Assembly (NCBI RefSeq): GCF_963921235.1
Contig: NC_086108.1
Location: 34,102,001 to 34,166,000 of the forward strand
Length of the DNA: 64,000 nucleotides
Direction: 5' to 3'
From: Mobula hypostoma
Lineage: Eukaryota
Position 1 is the stretch's first letter. The number at the start of each line of letters is the position of its first letter. The notes below the pieces were generated by a model. It did no database searches and was not told the DNA's origin. It saw only the letters and a program-made list of their open reading frames with translations. This document shows, piece after piece, positions 63,295-64,000 of the stretch. Made by a program: the position numbers and the translations under genes.

Positions 63295-64000
63295 AAGACC
63301 ATACAACATGCAGTAGGATCAGAGTTAGGCCATTCGGCCCATCGAATCTTCCACCATTCCCTCATGTCCAATTTATTATCTGTCTCAACTCCACTTTTCT
63401 GCTTTCTCCCTATAATATTTGACTCTCTTCAAGAACCTATCAACTTCCACTTTAAATATACCAATGACTTGGCCTCTACTGCCATCTGTGGCAATGAATT
63501 CCACAGATTCACCACCCTCTTTCTCAAGAAATTTCTCATCATCTCTATTCTAAACGGACATCCCTTAATTCTTTTAGTTTAGACTCCCTACTATTGGAAA
63601 CATCCTCTCCCCATCATTCTATCGATGCCTTTCAATATTTGATAGGTTTCAATGAGATCCCATCCATCCCACTCTTCTAATTTCTAGCAAGTACAAGCCC
63701 AGATCCATCAAATGCTCCTCATACGTTAACTCTTTCATTCCTGGAACCATCCTTGTGAACCTCCTCTGAACCCTCTCCTACCCCAGTGCATGTTTCTTAG
63801 AAAACAGCCCCAAAACTGCTCACAGCACTCCAAGTGTGATCTGACCAATGCCTTACAAAGCCTCAGCATTACATCCTTGCTTTTATATTCAAGTCGTCTC
63901 AAAATGAATGCTAACATTGCAATTGCCTTCCATACCACCGGCTCTTCCTGCAAGTTAACCTTTAGGTAATCCTGTGTGATGACTCCTAAGACTCTTTACA
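63295..64000 (-). mobile_element. CR1 3' fragment running off the right edge
   Basis: ORF 63735-63953 (MLAFILRRLEYKSKDVMLRLCKALVRSHLE) and CR1 3' UTR (GGCCATTCGGCCCATCG). Confidence 0.9.

Overview
This is eukaryotic vertebrate DNA. The repeat set (CR1, Rex1/Babar, V-SINE, Penelope-like) points to a cartilaginous fish, possibly a ray; that assignment is inference. Two R4-family regulator-of-G-protein-signalling genes lie tail-to-tail. RGS5-like is on + (exons 3-5 at 9436-9497, 12226-12392, 12895-13056; exons 1-2 not found, probably upstream of the window). RGS4-like is complete on - (exons 60191-60148, 59232-59125, 57411-57350, 50939-50773, 49630-49394; 618 nt, 205 aa, Met-Cys N-terminus, TATA box at 60284-60290). 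Between them is a ~19 kb nested transposon stack (24.8-43.9 kb). An old CR1 hosts a solo LTR and a decayed Mag-type Gypsy provirus (26340-43590). The provirus 3' LTR is split in three by two near-full-length CR1s, one of which carries another solo LTR, and its internal region holds a CR1 fragment, a Rex/Babar fragment and a Hero-clade RLE retrotransposon. Two inverted CR1 copies bracketing the RGS5 3' exons share perfectly identical tracts of 355 bp and 134 bp in otherwise ~6% diverged sequence, suggesting ectopic gene conversion. I found no CRISPR array, tRNA or rRNA gene, and no convincing new biological system. All alignments were done by eye.
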